From: an uncultured Actinomycetes bacterium
GTDB lineage: Bacteria > Actinomycetota > Thermoleophilia > RBG-16-64-13
Assembly: GCA_963841735.1 (NCBI GenBank)
Contig: CAWJDT010000001.1
Coordinates: 1,248,001 to 1,312,000 of the forward strand
Length of the DNA stretch: 64,000 nt
Direction: 5' to 3'
The notes beneath the pieces were generated by a model, which ran no database searches, was not told the origin of the DNA, and saw only the letters and a list, made by a program, of their open reading frames with translations. Each line of letters starts with the position of its first letter. Within the stretch, counting starts at the first letter, position 1. This document shows, in pieces, positions 61,218 to 64,000 of this stretch. The position numbers were made by a program, and so were the translations under genes.

Positions 61218-61712
61218 CTACTCAGCCGCCGCCAGCAGCTCAAGTTCTTCCTTGGTCGGTTTGCTGTAGTACTGGTCATCGACCATCATCACCGGGCCGA
61301 GGGCGCAGCAACCCAGGCAGTTGACGGTGCTCAGGCTGAAGCGCATGTCGGGCGAGGTCTCGCCTGGACGGATCTTGAAGGCCTCCACCACTCTGTCGAG
61401 CAGGCGGGTGGCGCCGCGCACCTGGCACGCCGTGCCCAGACAGACCGACACCGAGTGCCTACCTTTGGGGACCAGGCTGAAGGCTTTGTAGAAGGTGGCC
61501 ACGTGGTAGACCTTGCCCAGAGGCACATCCAACCGGCGGCTCACCAGCGCCAGATCGTCCTCCGAGAGCCAGTGCTGGCGCTGTTGCATCTCAAGCAGTA
61601 TCTGGATTAGGTTCGACGCGTCGGCGCCGTGCTTGTCGATGGTCGCGGCGGTGTCTTGCAGCGGCTGGGTGGCCTGCGCCGCCGACGCCGCCGATTTTCG
61701 AGTGGTAGTCAT
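61218..61712 (-). CDS. NuoE/HydC-like [2Fe-2S] subunit (BamG-like)
   Basis: VATFYKAF, VCLGTACQVRG, NCLGCCALGP. Confidence 0.93.
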   Translation of the reverse strand: MTTTRKSAASAAQATQPLQDTAATIDKHGADASNLIQILLEMQQRQHWLSEDDLALVSRRLDVPLGKVYHVATFYKAFSLVPKGRHSVSVCLGTACQVRGATRLLDRVVEAFKIRPGETSPDMRFSLSTVNCLGCCALGPVMMVDDQYYSKPTKEELELLAAAE

Positions 61713-61909
61713 TTCGCGGTCTCCAGCACGAGTGTTGAGTCGAGGAAGCTGACGCTGCTGATGCAGGCGTGCAGTTCCTCCGAGTCGCCGAGCAGAGAGG
61801 TAAGATGCACTCGGTCGCCGTCCACCTCGACGCGAGTGACGTTCTCCATCAGCAGCCTACCCTCGGTGTCGGTGCCGGAAGCTTTGACGTACGCTTTAGC
61901 CAGACACAT
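61709..61909 (-). CDS. cooT: CooT-family nickel-binding protein
   Basis: MCLAKAYV N-terminal Cys, LLMENVT, SLLGD; 66 aa in acs context. Confidence 0.85.
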   Translation of the reverse strand: MCLAKAYVKASGTDTEGRLLMENVTRVEVDGDRVHLTSLLGDSEELHACISSVSFLDSTLVLETAK

Positions 61910-62117
61910 CTTGCCCCTCCAATGTGACCAGAGCGGCCCGCAGGCTGGTGTTCGAGTCCTTCAGGAGCTCGACCCCACGGACCAAGTGGCCGTAGGCGTC
62001 CTCTCTACCGAGTTCACGTGCGCGTTCAGACAGCTCCACGATCTCGTCCGCGTGCTCTTCGTTGTGCTTCACGAGGTAGCGGAGTAGTGCTGTGAGATCT
62101 CCCATGGTGTGTCCCAT
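61896..62117 (-). CDS. Small helical His-motif protein, putative Ni chaperone
   Basis: LLRYLVKHNEEHADE motif; between acsE and cooT. Confidence 0.7.
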   Translation of the reverse strand: MGHTMGDLTALLRYLVKHNEEHADEIVELSERARELGREDAYGHLVRGVELLKDSNTSLRAALVTLEGQDVSG

Positions 62118-62131
62118 TTCTCCGCCCTTCA

Positions 62132-63052
62132 TCAGCCGCGCAGGTAGGCGTCGGTGTAGATCGTCTTGTTCATCAGCACCTGCACCGTCTTCCAGATGGC
62201 AGCCTGCGCAGGATCGGAGAGGTCGGCGTCCGCCGCCTCCAGTTCTTCCATGGCCGCGACTCGGTCGTGCAGAGTGAGCAGCAGGGCGCCGGCACCCGTG
62301 GAGTCGTCGCGCTGGTCGATGATGCGGATGGTGTTCATGAGTTCCTTGTCCAGCGGATCAGCGATGGCCGTATCCAGTCCCACGGCCATGAGCATCACCA
62401 GGTAGACCCGGTTGAGCAGGCTGCGCATCTCGGCGGGCACCCGGTTGGAGACGTTGCTGAGCCCGCAGGTGGTCATGGGCGCCGGATCCATGCCGAGCTT
62501 GATGTAGCGGACGGCCTCGATAGCCGGAGGGCAGTACTCCTGGCAGCCGGAAACGGTGAGCAGCAGCGGGTCGAGGTAGAGGTTCTCCATGGGGATGCCT
62601 ACTTCGATGGCCCTGGGAATGAGTTGGTCGATGGCGATGGACACCCGCTCCTCGGCGGTGAGTGGTATGCCGCTCTTGCCCATCAGGAGGGCGATGAGGC
62701 CGGCACCGTGTTCCGCGGCCACCGGCGGCACCTTCTCCAGCCGCTCGGACTCGGCTGAGGTGGAGTTGACCAGCCCCTTCCGCTTGAGCAGCGCGAGTCC
62801 GGTGCTGATGGCCTCGAGGTTGGTGGTGTCGAGAGACAAGGGCACGTCGACGACCTCCTGCACGGCCGGGACCAGCCAGCGCATGATGTCGACGCCCTCC
62901 TTCTTCTGCGGCCCGATGTTGAGGTCGAGGATGGCGGCGCCCCCGTCCACCTGCTCCTTGGCCATGGCCTGCACTGCCGCCGTGTCGCGGGCGGCAATGG
63001 CTTCCTTCACCTGCGGGGAGATGATGTGGATGTTCTCGCCGATTATCAGCAT
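62132..63052 (-). CDS. acsE: Methyltetrahydrofolate:corrinoid Fe-S protein methyltransferase
   Basis: MLIIGENI, LDLNIG, LSLDTTN, LVNS, LYLDP, GLSNVSN; acs context. Confidence 0.88.
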   Translation of the reverse strand: MLIIGENIHIISPQVKEAIAARDTAAVQAMAKEQVDGGAAILDLNIGPQKKEGVDIMRWLVPAVQEVVDVPLSLDTTNLEAISTGLALLKRKGLVNSTSAESERLEKVPPVAAEHGAGLIALLMGKSGIPLTAEERVSIAIDQLIPRAIEVGIPMENLYLDPLLLTVSGCQEYCPPAIEAVRYIKLGMDPAPMTTCGLSNVSNRVPAEMRSLLNRVYLVMLMAVGLDTAIADPLDKELMNTIRIIDQRDDSTGAGALLLTLHDRVAAMEELEAADADLSDPAQAAIWKTVQVLMNKTIYTDAYLRG

Positions 63053-63848
63053 GCTTCCTCCTTAGGCAGCGTAGATGGCGAGGCTGAGTTCAGCGCAGCC
63101 TCCAGGATGGCCTTCACGGCCGGATAGACCTTCGATGAATCGTCCAAGGCGACGAGGGGCAGGCCCTCGGCGTCGAGTCGGCTGAGGACTTGGTCTTGAG
63201 GCAGCACGCCCAACAGGGGGACGCCCAGCGCCGGCGATGCGCTCCCGGAACGCCTCCGGAAGTTCGCCGTCCACGCGGTTGACGATGAGGCCTGTACGCC
63301 CAATGCGCGTCCCCAGCGAGTCGATGAGCCGTACCACCTGTTCGGCGGCGGCCAATCCCCGCTGACTGGCATCGCTGACGATGAAGAGCCAGTCGACATT
63401 GCGCGTGGTCTGACGGCTGATGTGCTCCATGCCGGCCTCGTTGTCGATGACCACGGCTCGGTAGGAGTCGCCCAGCCGGTCGATGGCCTGGCGCAACATG
63501 TGGTTGGCCGCGCAGTAGCAGCCGGGCCCTTCGGGCCGGCCCATGGCCAGGAGGTCGACGTCGTCGCCTTCCACCAGGCACTGTTCTACCTGGTACTGGA
63601 ACCAATCGGGTTTGGACATGCCGGGTTGGAACGTGCCGCCCGTGACTTGGTCGCGCGTGTCCTCGCGGATCTGGCCCACTGTCTCGACCAGTTCCATGCC
63701 CAGGGCCATGTTGAGGTTGGAGCTGGGGTCGGCGTCGATGGCGAGGATGGGGATCGATCCCGGTCTCGCGCAGGTACTTCACCGTGAGTGCGCAGAAGGT
63801 GGTCTTGCCGGTGCCGCCTTTGCCCGCCACTGCCAGGGTGAGGCTCAT
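63046..63848 (-). CDS. cooC: CooC/AcsF-type Ni-insertion ATPase (two +1 frameshifts)
   Basis: AGKGGTGKTT, MGRPEGPGCYCAAN, IDNEAGMEHISR, LIVNRV, spread over three frames. Confidence 0.88.
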
Positions 63849-64000
63849 GGCGCACCTGCTCTGTCCGGCCGGACCGCGGCCAGCGCCTGTCCTACCGACG
63901 GGAAGAGGCTCTCGTCGGTGTGGGGGAGGAATAGAGCGGAGGTGAACGCGTCCATGAAGCGGTTGTCGGCGCTCAGCTCCAGGTAGGTCATCTTGCCGGC
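63845..64000 (-). CDS. acsV: AcsV/RACE (ASKHA) corrinoid reactivation ATPase, C-terminal end only
   Basis: Manual translation AGKMTYLELSADNRFMDAFTSALFLPHTDESLFPSV...*; ATGA overlap with cooC. Confidence 0.8.
   Translation of the reverse strand, partial: AGKMTYLELSADNRFMDAFTSALFLPHTDESLFPSVGQALAAVRPDRAGAP

Noticed and set aside
58667-61712. Respiratory complex I nuoEFG or an [FeFe]-hydrogenase
   Set aside because: No other nuo genes in the window; third subunit lacks the H-cluster and the NuoG C-terminal domain

Overview
High-GC bacterial DNA, most consistent with an anaerobic Actinomycetota lineage such as Thermoleophilia (inferred from Wood-Ljungdahl genes, CWB2 domains and Thr-rich lipoproteins). 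The left end (1-4.1 kb) looks accessory. It holds an LRR lipoprotein, an orphan tRNA-fMet 3' fragment with terminator (att-like), an IS3/IS6110-type terminal repeat remnant, and the top candidate novel system: a translationally coupled mini-ORF -> SLATT (DUF4231) -> stand-alone RyR-domain operon, followed by a TIR-TM-PQQ beta-propeller receptor. This could be a TIR nucleotide-signal -> RyR sensor -> SLATT membrane-effector conflict system. At 11-29 kb is a dormancy/carbon-storage-like block (baeRF3/Balon-like + HPF/RaiA, NhaP, HEAT, pgm, CopB, betaPGM-GH65, phosphoketolase, RpiB, transaldolase, P3A H+-ATPase). Next come envelope proteins, a NicX/M29-like + nitroreductase + two-component + TRAP locus, a frameshifted cyclic beta-1,2-glucan synthase, and a pyrogallol-transhydroxylase-like Mo enzyme with an Rrf2 regulator. 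The window ends in the distal part of an acs (Wood-Ljungdahl) operon (acsV, cooC, acsE, small Ni proteins) running into a BamGHI/HydABC-like module with no catalytic subunit. Six +1 frameshifts between 48 and 64 kb are probably sequencing errors. All family assignments are from motif recognition by eye; no database searches were run.
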